This document shows, one piece after another, positions 25,074 to 38,197 of a DNA stretch of 64,000 bases. The notes under the pieces were generated by a model. It was not told where the DNA came from and searched no databases. It saw only the letters and a program-made list of their open reading frames with translations. Each line of letters opens with the position of its first letter. Position 1 is the stretch's first letter. The translations under genes were made by a program, and so were the position numbers. The stretch spans positions 8,417,413 to 8,481,412 of the forward strand of contig CM082581.2 of NCBI GenBank assembly GCA_040954595.2, in the 5' to 3' direction. The DNA comes from Balanoglossus misakiensis. Its lineage: Eukaryota; Animalia; Hemichordata.

Positions 25074-27307
25074 TTACAACCCCCAAAGTTTCAACTCTTC
25101 CACCATTAAAACGTGAGAATCTGTCAGACGATGTGTTTGAGAAAGAGGCGCATTATTTCCTAAGGTGCATTGCTCCCAGTCTGGCCAAAAGCGTTCTTTC
25201 ATCGTGTAACAGTATTTATCCAGGTTCTTCAACTCACCTGAATCAAGAAGAAAGATAACTGGCTGTCACTTAGTACTAGTACTCAGCTCTTGTGAACGAA
25301 CCCACAGATCAGGCAAAACTCGCTAAATGACCCTCTCCCCACCGAATGCTACAACAATCTGTGAAGCTATTCACGTTCAACAACTCAAAACTGCCGATAA
25401 CACAAACATACTTTTGATTAACATTTGAAGTGGTGAGTCGGCATGATGAGACCACAATATATTGGCCATGAGGCCGAATATGGCACAGTCTTCTTCGCAG
25501 GGTTCATCACCAAACAGAAACTTCTTCTCTCCTGTGTAAACCGAAGCGATCATAACTTGTGGTGATTTAGTTGAATGAATCGTAGGTGCCAATAATAACA
25601 CATATTCAAAAATTATCTAAAGTTGCTTTGAATAATATGAGGAGCAGTTAATTTGGCTTTGCTTTTTGAAGCGCATTTCTACTTTAAACGTCGGTATTAT
25701 TCGTCTTCAGTCTTGATTTCGCTGCATCAGAGACTCACCCAAGAACGCAGAAATCGCCCTTAGGTCTTTCTCTATGATGGAGTACACCTCTGCCTCCGTG
25801 TGCCGCCCTATACCATGGCTGTACATGGAACGCGCCTGTCTTCGCTTAAAGACGTAGGCTTTCAATTGTTTCAGAAGGTAGGGACCCACAAATATTTTGT
25901 GAAGACGTGCGGGGTTGCGCCGGTCCAGGAACATCCAGTATACATGGCCCCTGTAGGAAAAATAGCGACAAGGGCACGATGCCAGCGTTTTATGAGACTT
26001 ACTGCACACGTGCATAAAAATGTCTCCTGATACAAATTCACCCCAATTCCAAACAGTGCTTCCGTATGTGATGGTCACTAAACAGTGATACTGCCTGACA
26101 ATGTTGCTGATGACGTGTTTTGTATTTGGATGAAAACAATTGTATTCTCAAATTTAACTTTGATAAGTCTGCATTAGTCGCAGACAGAAGAAAGACAAAA
26201 CAGACAGTGACACAATGACAAGAAATATGCCATCCTCACAAATGTCAGATATATGAGCAGAGCTCAAAACGACATTACCAGTAGGTATTCTCTTCCACCA
26301 TTTTCTGGAAAGCTCTAGCGATGCTTCTCTCGACAGGACTCATGTGTTTGTTCAGGTCAACCTTGAACTTCTTGTTCAGGAATTGAACAATGAGACTGCT
26401 ATCGCCTATCACTTGGCCATTGTATTCGATCCATGGTGTTTTATGCTTTGGGGATCTGCGTAAACTTTTCGCAATAACAATCTAGAGAAATATAAGGTTG
26501 AAGGTTGTAGTCTTTGCGTTCCAAAAACTGTTTGTCACGCAAGAGTTCATTTGACCCATATTACACGTATCTAGTTGACAGAGAGAGGGGTTAATGGTGT
26601 TGATGCACGTAGCCCGTTGAATGTTTTTAATGTTTTGGTGAGTTATTAACATTTCTTTCCCCAGACTGTTGAAGGTATACAAGGAGAACCAATTGAAATC
26701 CCGGTGAGGCCTGTAATGTGGCTGTAATATGAGTACAACGTACCTTGTATGGAATCTTCGCAAATCTAAAGTAGGTCTCTAATTTCACGGGGAATGGGGA
26801 TAAATTAAATGGCACATTTCTTCCCCGAGGCAGCGCAAACAAAATCACGGTGTCTTTCGGGTATTTCGGTGTCGCCCGTTGCCTGTTGGTGATTACCGGT
26901 GGTAGGAAAGAAGGCATATCACCGAAAAGTTTTACAGTATTAATATATATAGGGGGTTATACTAAAATATTTGTTTGGAAAACATCATGTCCAGAGAATT
27001 TGCTTCGATGTAACATTTGGGGTGGTCAAAAAATTGCATACCTATTTCCTCAACACACTCACCCAACCTCCTTAACCCCCCCCCCCCCCCCCAGCACCAA
27101 CATTAAATCGTTTATCAATGGCACCTAAGAAATGATGACATATTGATGACTTGTTACTGCCACAGTCCCTCCACCCGGGGTTACTACCCACCGGTGTGAC
27201 CGTCGGTACAACTGAGTGATGTACACTAAAATTGCAAGGATCACTCCTCCAATGACCACAGACATGCTCAGCCCTGCTTCGTACACCATTTCATAAACAC
27301 TAGCCAT
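25074..27307 (-). CDS. FAXC: FAXC-like protein, copy 2 (tandem paralogue)
   Basis: Same 6-exon layout: MASVYEMV... TM exon, LSPFPVKLETYFRFAKIPY, TPWIEYNG, GIGRHTEAE, FLFGDEPCEEDCAIFG, TMKERFWPDW; stop 25076-25074. Confidence 0.92.
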
Positions 27308-29195
27308 TGCCGTCGTTTGCCTGAAGCAACGTCTGCCTTTGCTCGGTAGTCTCTGTTACAGAGATAGGCTAGCCTGTATCTGTCCCGATCTCGAGGACAA
27401 GTTCTCGCGAGTCAACCGATAAATATCTCCGGAACAAACAAATTGATTTTCACGTATAGGTACCCTCCATTGTTCATTAGTCTGACCCAATCCCACCGCT
27501 GGCTGCGCTACGCTAAAGGTTAAGGGGTCCCGTGCCCTATTTCTACCGCTGGTTGTGCATTGCGGTGCGGGCGCTCTCGAATGACTGAATAAGTCTAATT
27601 TCAATTCTCTACTTTGCTCTTCGGTGCTCTCCCTTTCGCGAATGTAGCGCCAGCAGCGTTTGAGACTCAGTCGAGACTCCACGAACACATCATCGAATGT
27701 AGGGCGGGCAATGTACAAGACGTTCCTTAATATGGTGCATGATCAGCAACCATTTTGAAGCATGCAGGAATTTTGGAAATGACACCAAAATAACTATTGC
27801 TCTGAATTCTAGAAAAACGATGATAAGAAGACACTGTATTTCACCGTCTTCTGTGTCTGAACACATCTCGGCATCATCTTTAGAGTTTAGACATGGCATC
27901 ATTTGACAATGTACAAATAGTATACCAATAAAAAGAAAGAACACATTCATGTTTTCCTATTTACATTTATAGTGTATGCGTTTATCTTTTCAATTTCTTT
28001 GTCCCGCCCCAAGTGTGTGATTGTATACCTGCAGCACGCGTGGGAAACAAGTGGGTCCCCCACTGTCGTGTCGCGTGGCAAGACAACCACGCAACAATGC
28101 AAGTGTGAATGGCCCCAGCAGAGATTAATTAGTGCAAAGACAATGGGTTTATTAAGCTAATCAACTTAGCAGAGCCAATTATGCAGGCCGCCACGTGCCC
28201 GCATAAGTGAGCGTGGCCCGGGACGTGGCCTGCCTTGTGATGTTATAGCGGCCGACTTATATTTAGACCCATTCGTTGTTGACTTTTTTTATTGTTTATT
28301 TTATGGTTTCATTACACAGCATATCATATCTGGGACTGCAGTACACGCAACCATTGGCTAAGTGCACGGAGCTGCCTAATATGGAGCATCCCCATATGAT
28401 GCTGAAAGTGAGTATTCTTATCGTTATCTTGTATGTTCTCAGACAATCACTATTGTATGATGCTTCAGTCTATATCAATGAGTATAGAGTGCGAAAAACA
28501 CCACATCCTGGTCCGAGTTTTTGTACTTTACTGACTTGGATGTTTCCACCCATCCTGCATCATGGAGGTCAAAGTTCGCAACAGCATGTCGTAGAAGAAA
28601 GTATAGAGAGATCTTGCAGTCGATATGCAGGAATTTATTTTCATAAACTGAGAAATCGCTCGCGCTTGATCGAATTTGTTTGCTGGCGGAGGTATGTGTG
28701 AAATTTAAATTATTTTTAATCATAGAGAGCCTTAACCGATACCAGCCGTCGACCAAAATTTGCCTGAAGTCCGTCTCCTCATTGTGTTTATTTTTTATTC
28801 AGGTCTTCAACTTTTTTTCTTAATTGCCTTCTTCTAAAACAACTGCCTTCATTAGCAGTGCGCGCATCTTGAAGTAACATATGGTTGCACGCAGATGCCG
28901 CTGAGAAAGGCGCAATAGAAAAAATACCAGCTTCTAACAACACCCCCCCCCCCGCATGCTGTATAAAAGTTTAACAAAGCCGCTATTCTGCATAACAATG
29001 GCTAGATGATCAACGTGAAGCGGAGACAGACCTTCACTTTCCTGCTGCCGAGATATTTTTATTCTTGGATGATAGCTCATTTGCATAACAAACGATGACG
29101 GTACCAGCTTGCCTGTGCTGTGTCGCTCAACCCGCATGGCCAGGCCCTCGTTACACCCCATTTCTGCTTTCCATCATTAGAACTACTCACGGTAG

Positions 29196-30318
29196 TATAT
29201 AAGCACTTGTTTGACTTTGTTTCGCTGATCAGTTAAAACGCATCCGCCGCGATATATACACGCTTTGTCTTGGGAGTCGCGGGGATGATGAGGGACGTAA
29301 GCGTCGTCTTGGAAGTTCGGGACGGACGATGACGTCTTGGGACGCGTGCAGACGCTTTATCACCGTGGCTGACGTTGCCATGGCACTGGTCACTATTCGA
29401 TATTATGGCATAAAAAAGTACACCTCACCACCTATAATGACTTGCATCGTCGTCACCAGGTAAAGTCAATTCGCTATGGCACTTTCAACATTACGATTTT
29501 CACCAACGCAAGGTTTCGGGTGATTGGTCGGCTTTGGAAAACAGTGAATGCGGTCATGTCAACCACAGAAATATTAGTTGCATCACGTGACTTTGTTGGT
29601 GTTTTTTCTTACTATATACATGTACACCTTTTTTGGCTATGTTGGTGCGTGTGATTACTGATACAAATCTGCACAGCAATCGGACAAACGGTCGAAACAT
29701 TTCCCGGTATCACCGACTGAGGGCTCTTTGATCAACAGGTTGCCCGGTGCGGTATTGAGTTAGAAAAAACACAGACACCGGGTCGGTAACCCTCTTGAAT
29801 TTGCAACTCGTAGTCATCAACTAGATAGGCAAACTGTTAAAAGATGGCATGGAAATTTTTGCGCTCAATTCTCTTTGTTGTTTGCTGCATTGTGAGTAAC
29901 AATGCACGCAAGGGGGAAGCTCTGCCTTTTGAAGAATTGCTGTGAATTGCCACTTTGCATTCGGGAAGAAAAGGGTCGTTATTCAACACCCGCTGGACGG
30001 AAACAAGAGGACGAGGAACATGTTGGTGCATTGTTTTTCCGGACGGAAGGGATCGTGTTGTTGTCTTCCGGCTTCGCACGCTTTTAAAGCCCGTCCGGAC
30101 TGCTGGAATGCCATCAATTCGTCGGTGCTTCGGCCGTGGTCATCACGGACCCTCCTCTCTCCTCATCTCCGTGTTTCCGACAACGATTCTCAACGAGTTC
30201 AACCCCAGCCGACCCGGCGCTGACGATGACCAACCGACCGGTACGTATACTTGAGCCTGCTCCGGTCGTTGACTTTTGGCAACTTTCGGAGACGACCCAG
30301 AGCAGGACGGACAAGCAT
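29196..30318 (+). ncRNA. Putative promoter and first exon of the pri-miRNA host transcript
   Basis: TATATAA 29196-29202, Inr-like TCAGTT 29229-29234, CpG-rich tract, consensus donor CAT|GTAAGT at 30318/30319; same strand as the miRNAs and about 2 kb upstream of them. Confidence 0.45.
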
Positions 30319-32427
30319 GTAAGTTTCGCTGTTTTTTTTACTCAAATCATGTTGACCATTATAAATCCGCTCCAACCACCCGTCGATTTCTCAGTCTAGT
30401 ATCCCACACTATAAACCATGTTTATCCGAGTTCGAACGATACTTTCTCTAAATGAAAAATGTTGATGCCAATACTACAAAAGTAATCCAAAAAACCCTTA
30501 TTTATCATGGATTTTATCGTTTCATTTATAATGAAAATTGCCGTGAGATTTAAAACTGGACAATACAAGGCTGTTTTAATTGTTTTGACCTATAAATACC
30601 GTACACGCCTTGAAAAGGTTTTTAATAACCTTCCAAATTAATCAAAATGAGGGAAATTACGTTAATTGTCGCTGTGAGAGATTTTCCACTCAAAGGAGAG
30701 GAAAGCAATTTATTTGGTCGCCATTTTACCACGTCGACAGTCCAGTCAATATTTGTAGCGGCGACCGGTTTATTTTTGGACATAATTGTTCACGACCTAC
30801 CCGCAGTGTTTTTTTGTAACAAGAGACCGTGCGACAACGGAGCATTTCTGTTGCTCGAATACAACTTTCATCTTCTGTGTCGCTCCGGATTAATATAATA
30901 CTTTGCCATGGTAAAGAGAGAATGAATATACGCTGTTATTGAAAAAAAATCCCGTTCATTTCGGTCATTTGGTAAAACCATGTTAAAACCGACCTGCACG
31001 CCATCGTAGGTGTCATTATCATTTCCCATGCGGCTTTGCGTCAGTGTGATCAAATTACTGTGACCTTTGACCAGATACGAGAGCTCTGGATGCAGTTGCT
31101 AGTTCAGTTGCCGTTGAAACTATGAATATCCAGTTCGGCTTTGCAGCTTTACTCGTTCCGTTAATTCCCGCAGCAAATGTTTTTAATACAGTAGTCACGT
31201 AAATATTATTTCTGCGGTCAGATGTTGAACGCGCAATGATGCATTGCACGCGCAAATGTTACCACATTTAAATTATGATATTCAACCACCAACGAATTGA
31301 ACGTGAACGACTCTCTGTCCGTGAATGCTATGATCCCCACGCCAACACCCCGTCTTCAATTTTAGCTGTTTTGCAAAACCATGCCTAAATAAATCCACCG
31401 TTGTCAAAGGAAATAAAACATTGTTTCCCATTCATGTCGATGCTTCACCGACTGCACGCTGTGTTCCCAGTGGAGGGGGTTTGTCTCTGCCGTACCCTCA
31501 CTTTTGAAAGCGGAGCAGTTTATTAATATCATTCGCGCATTCATACAAACATATGGCCGCGCTTAGACAATGTGTCGTTACGGGTATTCATAAAGCGGAC
31601 CCATTTTAAACCGTACAATTATAGCAGCCAAGTTACCCGCCTTTTACACCAACACACAGCCCTTCACGCCACGTCACGTCAGCGCGGCGCAGGGCAGTGC
31701 ATCATGTGAAACAGTGATCATTGCACGGAAGCTATATGGGGTCTCCAGTCTAATTTTTCCTCGGTCAAAGTCACGCGAGTAACATGTCGGGAAGTGGCTC
31801 ATAATTGTTTTTCCCCCATCGTCCGTCGCCTGATTATCTCCAGCAAATGAAGAGAAAGTAATTGCTATGACAATTGGTAATTTCCATATTTTTTTTTCTC
31901 TCACGCACATGCGAGTCCACTGTCCTCTCCACAATGGCACCGTCTCTGAAACTGCGTCGCGTCGTTCTAGTTTCGACTTGTCCGAATGTCTGTCTCCTAT
32001 TGGATTCTATATTCGCATCCACCAGTGAGTTATGATCTCCGGTGTGTATACGCCGAGTGCTTGCCGTACCGTTCTGCATACGTTGGTTGGACGCCGTATG
32101 GTTGCCCTCGGTAAGGCGCGACGGGGTTTTCCTATCTTTCCCCCGAGCCCGGCCCCCGATGGCCGGCCGGCCGACGCTGTGCCGTTTGAACCATCATCAA
32201 CTAGGTGCCGTATCATTGGACGTTGTTTCTTTTATTTGTAGCGGTGAGTTAAACAGCTATCTTCTCGTTTCCCCATTGTCTTCTGTTTCTGTGCGTGAAA
32301 AGCCCCAGTGCTCACCGTGTTGTGTGTATTGTGTTCGGTTGTGCCCCGAACTTTGTCTACATCCCATTCCGCGGACGCCTGTCCTGTTCGTCCTTCCATC
32401 CATCCACCGTCTGCACAGTCTATGTGT

Positions 32428-32513
32428 GTCACGCTGTTGTGACCGTTATAATGGGCATCCCACGACGCCGAGGTGCCAAAATATGCCTATTCTAACGTTC
32501 ATAACATCGTGGT
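32428..32513 (+). ncRNA. mir-2001: pre-miRNA mir-2001 (mature 5p at 32437-32458)
   Basis: TTGTGACCGTTATAATGGGCAT matches the known miR-2001 mature sequence; pairs with ATGCCTATTCTAACGTTCATAAC (32483-32505) in a hairpin. Confidence 0.93.
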
Positions 32514-33767
32514 ATATGGAAAGCACCGCACCACTAAGGGCGAGAGAGACTAACACCGTATTCTCAGCACTGAATGTACGAGACTAACACTTTCAAAAAC
32601 CACCTGTTGATCGAGTAACGACCCGACCTTCGGAGCATCACATTTTTTTTACTATCTGAATCGACAACCTTTACTTCTATCAAATTTACCAATAATGCAC
32701 ATTCTCTCGCTGTCTATCCAAATTCTCTTGTTCATTCTTTTATTTGAATGAAATGCGAGTACATATAACACTCACGACTCATCACTCTTTGCGCATTTGC
32801 ACGACTATCCAGTATAAACACAGAGCTTTACAGTAAATTCTACACTTAATGCATGCACCGACACGAGAAAAAGGGACAAGTACTATTTTAGGCTAAATTT
32901 TGAAAACAGGCTTTTCATTCTTCACCAAAATACCTATTACATGTCTAATTTTAGACGAAAATGTTGCGCGATGGTTCGTACTTTTATACGAGCATTCGCC
33001 GTATGCAAATTATCTGACACGGTACGTTGAGTTTATATCCAAAAAAGAAATCGTCCAATTTATTTACTTAATAAATTATTTCTCTATCTTGACAAACAGT
33101 CTGAATTTTAGATCAATATTTTCCGTTTCTTTTATTTGGCGGATGGCTGTGATCGCTCGCCTTGTGTTGTGAGCCTTTAAAAAGTTTTAATATTTATGAC
33201 AACACATTCCATTCACAGCTGTAACGCGTCACACTTTGAGCTGACGCCTAAACAATCGCATAATGATCGCCACTAAGGTGGGCTTATAATAGATATTTGC
33301 AATTGACATGACTAAAAATGATCCATCTATTCGTTCCATGCACATAATACGGCACTTACAATTGATTAACATCACGATTTTGCCTTCACGTACTATATCC
33401 TCGCTGCTCGCCCAAACTGTTTCTGTCCTCTGCACTTTCGCTTCCAATCAAATACACACCACCACGCCAGTTTCTGAGCCCCCCCCCCCCCCCGACACGG
33501 GGACTAGCCCCAGTGAAGGTCATTTAGGAAAAGGGGTGGGCAGCTTTCATCGTTGTATTTCAGCTTGTATAAAGATAAACGACTCTCGCAATATTGAAGC
33601 ATGAAAATCTGATTGTTTTTCTTAAATCGTAAAAGTGAATTCCATGGTTATCTTTCGCTGCATGATAACTGCTTCTCATATTTCATGGTATTCTGATTGG
33701 GATTGGCTGTTGTTTTTTTATTTATCACTCGCCCCCTGTTCTCACCGGCTTGTCACTATAGTCATTA

Positions 33768-33836
33768 TCCTCGCTAAGTAGTAGTGCCGCAGGTAATGAT
33801 TTAAGAATTTACCTGCATCCTACTGCTTAACAAGGT
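33768..33836 (+). ncRNA. mir-252b: pre-miRNA mir-252b (mature 5p at 33774-33795)
   Basis: CTAAGTAGTAGTGCCGCAGGTA matches miR-252b; star arm TACCTGCATCCTACTGCTTAAC downstream closes the hairpin. Confidence 0.93.
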
Positions 33837-34859
33837 TCTGACCCACCATCATCGAGAACAAAAAGTGTTATATCTTTGAACCAAGCAGTGTTTGGCAGGC
33901 CATGTCGGCTTGAACGAGTGACGTCACCAGATGTCTCCACCAGTTGTCTGTCTCGATCTTCCAGTGGGAGTTTTGTTTTGTTTTGTTTAGCTATTGAAGT
34001 GGCGACCTGCACTGAGAGTGCAACAGTTGTATTGCGGCTATGCCATTTAACTTCATCTTGTGGGCGTGGTTCGCCGTGGTGTAATTCTCCCGTGATGCAT
34101 CATTGAGTCGAACGCCAGCCTTCATCATTCTCCCAACTTCCATCCTCCTTCACCAGACCCACTGGCGATGGCGCCAAGCATCAATTACGCACACAATTCA
34201 AACTGGGTACAATCAACTAGTGGTCGGCAGTTGTTCACCGTTTTGTTGTCGTTCGGATGCATCATATGGCGGTAACGTTGATTGATGGCGCTGTCCTGGT
34301 CAGGGTTGGAGCGACCGCTGCGATATTACGAGCATCTATGGTACTCGGTATATATAGATGGATTCTTGTGTGACGGGGGTGTATATTTTTATGGAATTTA
34401 ATCCCTGTCAGTTGAAAGGGTGCGTCGTCGTTGGTATATGATTTGACCGTACTGCCTGAATTCAATTTCATTCCCATTGGTTGTTATATCATCACCGAGA
34501 GAAAATGCCTCATTTTCGGTAGTGTATGTCAGAAAAAAATTATGGAAAATTATTCAGAATTACGTGGTATTTAAATTCACCGCCTGTTTCCATCGTGACC
34601 TTTGCCTCCGGAGCGGAGACCGTCATCTGTCAACGTTGATCAGATGTTCATGGAAATAAAACTACAGCGGCCCAGCATGTTCCAGTTGCCCAGTTGGGCG
34701 GTCAACCTGGACCGGGGAGCGAGGTGAGCTAGCTGACGACCAGATGTGTATTCTACAACAGTGAAAGTAAACCGAAGCGGTATGATGCTAAGCGGTACAT
34801 CTGGCGTGGACTGATGTGATGGCTTGTTCACCCCCTCCAAGGCAGAGTAAAACAGGGCT

Positions 34860-34938
34860 GTTCCGATACTAAGTACTAGTGCCGCAGGAGTGGGCATCTA
34901 AATCAACCCTGTTGTACTCGTACTTAACATAGGCTCGG
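34860..34938 (+). ncRNA. mir-252a: pre-miRNA mir-252a (mature 5p at 34869-34890)
   Basis: CTAAGTACTAGTGCCGCAGGAG matches miR-252a; star arm ACCCTGTTGTACTCGTACTTAAC (34906-34928). Confidence 0.93.
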
Positions 34939-37900
34939 CCGATTTTCCAACGCTATAGCTTTTGAACCCTGGGAGGTGAAAACGTAACTCGCTGTTTCCG
35001 CTCCGCTGCAAATTGGAACCCTGGATCACAGGATGAGGTCAGGTAAATATTCGTATTGTAAGTGTGTTCAAATGCAAGTATTATGTGGTGGTTGGGATGA
35101 TATGAACACGGTCCCTCAGCTACCCTCCCCTCCCCCCGTGGTCTGTACCTGTGCGTTGTGCGAGTCATCAAAACACGTCACTGTGTATGTCGTCTGCTTT
35201 ATGACAAATTAAGCGGAACCCACCAGCAAAGATACCACAGCGTAAATTGTCACCCCGGGCACCATCGAATTTTCTCACGGCTGGTGACTCCCGAGAGAGA
35301 GTGGATTACAATTCTTTTCTCGCGTAATTAATTCTCTACAAAAAGTGCGAACGGATGTTATTACGGCGATGATTACTTCCGATGTTAATGTAAAATAAGG
35401 GTTCTTATGCACATTTTATGTATTGATGAACGTGCCGACCATTTTCGCCTCTTCCGGTGAACACCGTTATCGTTTTTAACACCCACCCATAAGCCAAAAT
35501 TCTGTAAGATTGTTTAATAATTACTGTTTCAATTTTAGATGCTGGCAAACCGTTATAACTTAAGTTTGTACCTGCCGACGAGAAATGGATGATATGCAGC
35601 TCATTTACTAGTCTACCAGAAAACGAATAATTTTAACATATGACTTCTCGAATAGGACAGACTGTCCGACAACTGGCGTGACGATGTCGCTTGGTGCTCG
35701 TTTTGTTTTCACAGTTTAAAACAAAACACCCGCTCGTTCTAGAATTTCACCCAATATGGTGCTTGGCACGTTTTGGCTCGTCCGGTATATCGGTAATACG
35801 GTTTAGCCATATGTTGCGTACGACGGAAGGGATGCGCAACGAACAATACACGTACTATCTATAGTATGCAGTTTGGACTGAATACAGGGGAATACGCAAG
35901 ATGTTACTTATCACGTGACCAATCACATGACACTTTCTCGATCCTCACCGCTACTAATTACTAATCCATGGTGTAAAATTTAGCGACTGTCAACAGCGCA
36001 GTGTTGTGCATATTCAATGAGATCAGGTCACCCACGTAGTTTATTACCGAACAGTGGCTTTTTTTAAGTACAGATAGCAGATATTTGGCAAATCAATCAC
36101 CGGTAATTTCTCTCCAAAACTGTTGCAAGAAAATCATACATCATGAGGCATACGTTGGTGACACGAAACAAGAAATAATTGTATATACCGTGCGGTAGAA
36201 TCTGACTGCGCGATCATAATTGTAAAACGCACAGCTGTTGAGTGTAAGGCATAATAGATAGTTGTACTAGCATCAGGACAAATGCAATTTACTTTAATCT
36301 TACAAAAAGAGTATTGTTTTCAGAAAGTGAATGCATTAATGCTCACAGAGGATAAAAACTGACTTATAAACTGTCCCACAACAAATCATACAAACGCGAT
36401 TATTGCCATAATAATTATCATGGTTCAGGCCTAGTACGAATTAACCCGAATGGTCGCAAATGGCAGGTGTAAGATTAAATACACGATTTCACAACGAACT
36501 TCTGATAGAAGCTAGCCGGTAACCTTCTTAGGTACGAGTTGTGGTGGTGGTGGTGGTGTGTGGGGAATTGGTTGGTGTTTTACCGGCTGCGGTGACCAAT
36601 ATTAACGCTTACTGGGAATTTGAGACAGAAAAGACATACTTCAATAGGTACCTCAATCCCCAAGAAAATGCTCCAACTATACAAAGTGTACTTTCTCGCA
36701 ATAAGTGAATGTTTGGTGGGCGAATTAAATGCTTAATTATAAACCGTTAAAACAAAAACAACACCAAGACACGCAGAGAATTTCCAGTTTAGTGTACATC
36801 ATGCTAATTTACTAAAAGTTTATACAGAATTAACGTTTAAAACATGTCTAAACGATGTTTAAAGTAGTTATGTATCGTTCCCAATTATTCTTAAAGAGTA
36901 ACAAAGGCCACACATCTCCTCTGTTGTGTTCCATGAATGGATATCATGAATATGGAATCGTTATTTATCATGACAGAAACTGCTAAGAGGTCAAAGGTCA
37001 GGCACCATAATCGCAAGTGATTAATTTTGCGCATATTATTAATTCTTTGGAAGGCGCCGCTTACACCATTATGTAATGATCGATTCATTAGCCCACATGT
37101 GAAATAGCTGCAAAACAGAAAGAAGAGTGGAGGGGAATTGGAGCTGAGAGTGGTTTTATTGTGACGTCACGTTATGTCAGGTTAATATGTGGCAAGTTTT
37201 CATGCACTGGTTATCATCTAACCAATGGATATTTGGGAAAGAGTTGAGATACACCATAATAAAGCGTAATTGAGAGAACAGAAACAGAAAGAGAGACAGG
37301 GAAACAGAATAATGTCAAATGAAAAAAATAAAATCTTTCCGGTCGATCACTCTTTTAATATCGTTCAGAATTAGATTTGCATAAACCGCAATTTATAACG
37401 TTAACAACCCCTACATTGTTATTCTAACTGAAATGTAACAACTGTGGGTTATCACGGCGCTCTTTGTCGGCTAAATTGCAGGAGTGTTGCTTAATTATAA
37501 TAGCGCGTAACAGTTGGTTAAAATGGCCGTTCAACAAGTGTCCGTGTGGATACATATGCCTGGCAGAATTATTCGCCGTGGTGGTAGAAAGAACGATAAA
37601 TAGAAAATAAATGGCAGACTTATATTGGAATGAATTGACGAATTGGTAATGCATAGGCATACCTATCAACATTAAAGGAGTCGATCTCCCTGAGCAGAAG
37701 GAACCACTGAAGTCGCACATGTGCAGTTCAAACGACACTATCCCTCCTAGGTAATACCGGACTTCTAAGAAAATAGTGGTGTACGTCACAGAAGAATTCC
37801 GGGAAAGGGAGGGAGAGCCAGTTAACAGCAATTGCGCAAAGGTGATCGCGTTGATTTTATGATCGCAATACGGTTCTTTTAATGATCCACCAATTTAATA

Positions 37901-38106
37901 TTGCAAGACAGTCAATAGGGAGACAATGAACAATATTTCCCCTTGGGGTGTTAGGTTCGCGTTCATAACAAAATACATTTCAAAGGTCAATTTCGAATTG
38001 AAGGCTTATTTTTGAAGGTTTGGTAAAACTTTTATTATTTTGTACTGCTGGCGATCTCTGCTTATTTAAATTATAAATAATGAAAACATGGCCAGTACTC
38101 GACGTT

Positions 38107-38197
38107 TTAACCCTTTCACAACCATTTCCCTGTATAGAGGCCCAGAAGTGATATTGAGAACAATGTAGTTGGACGAAGTTCCTATCAGGAGGGGTTG
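38107..38197 (+). mobile_element. Degenerate MITE-like copy
   Basis: Begins TTAACCCTTTCACAACCATTTCCCTG and retains GAACAATG...TTGGAC. Confidence 0.5.

Noticed and set aside
29380-29400. ATGGCACTGGT, resembling the miR-183/263 5' end
   Set aside because: 3' half does not match and no complementary arm was found.
31683-31726. Short hairpin ending CATTGCAC (miR-92-like seed)
   Set aside because: Stem of about 13 bp is too short and the sequence does not match miR-92.
33994-34054. Possible hairpin downstream of mir-252b
   Set aside because: Branched, imperfect pairing and no match to a miRNA family I recognise.
34210-34284. Possible extra hairpin within the miRNA cluster (TTGTTCACCGTT, loosely like miR-2001)
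   Set aside because: Pairing needs a large asymmetric bulge or many G-U pairs; not a convincing Drosha substrate without small-RNA reads.
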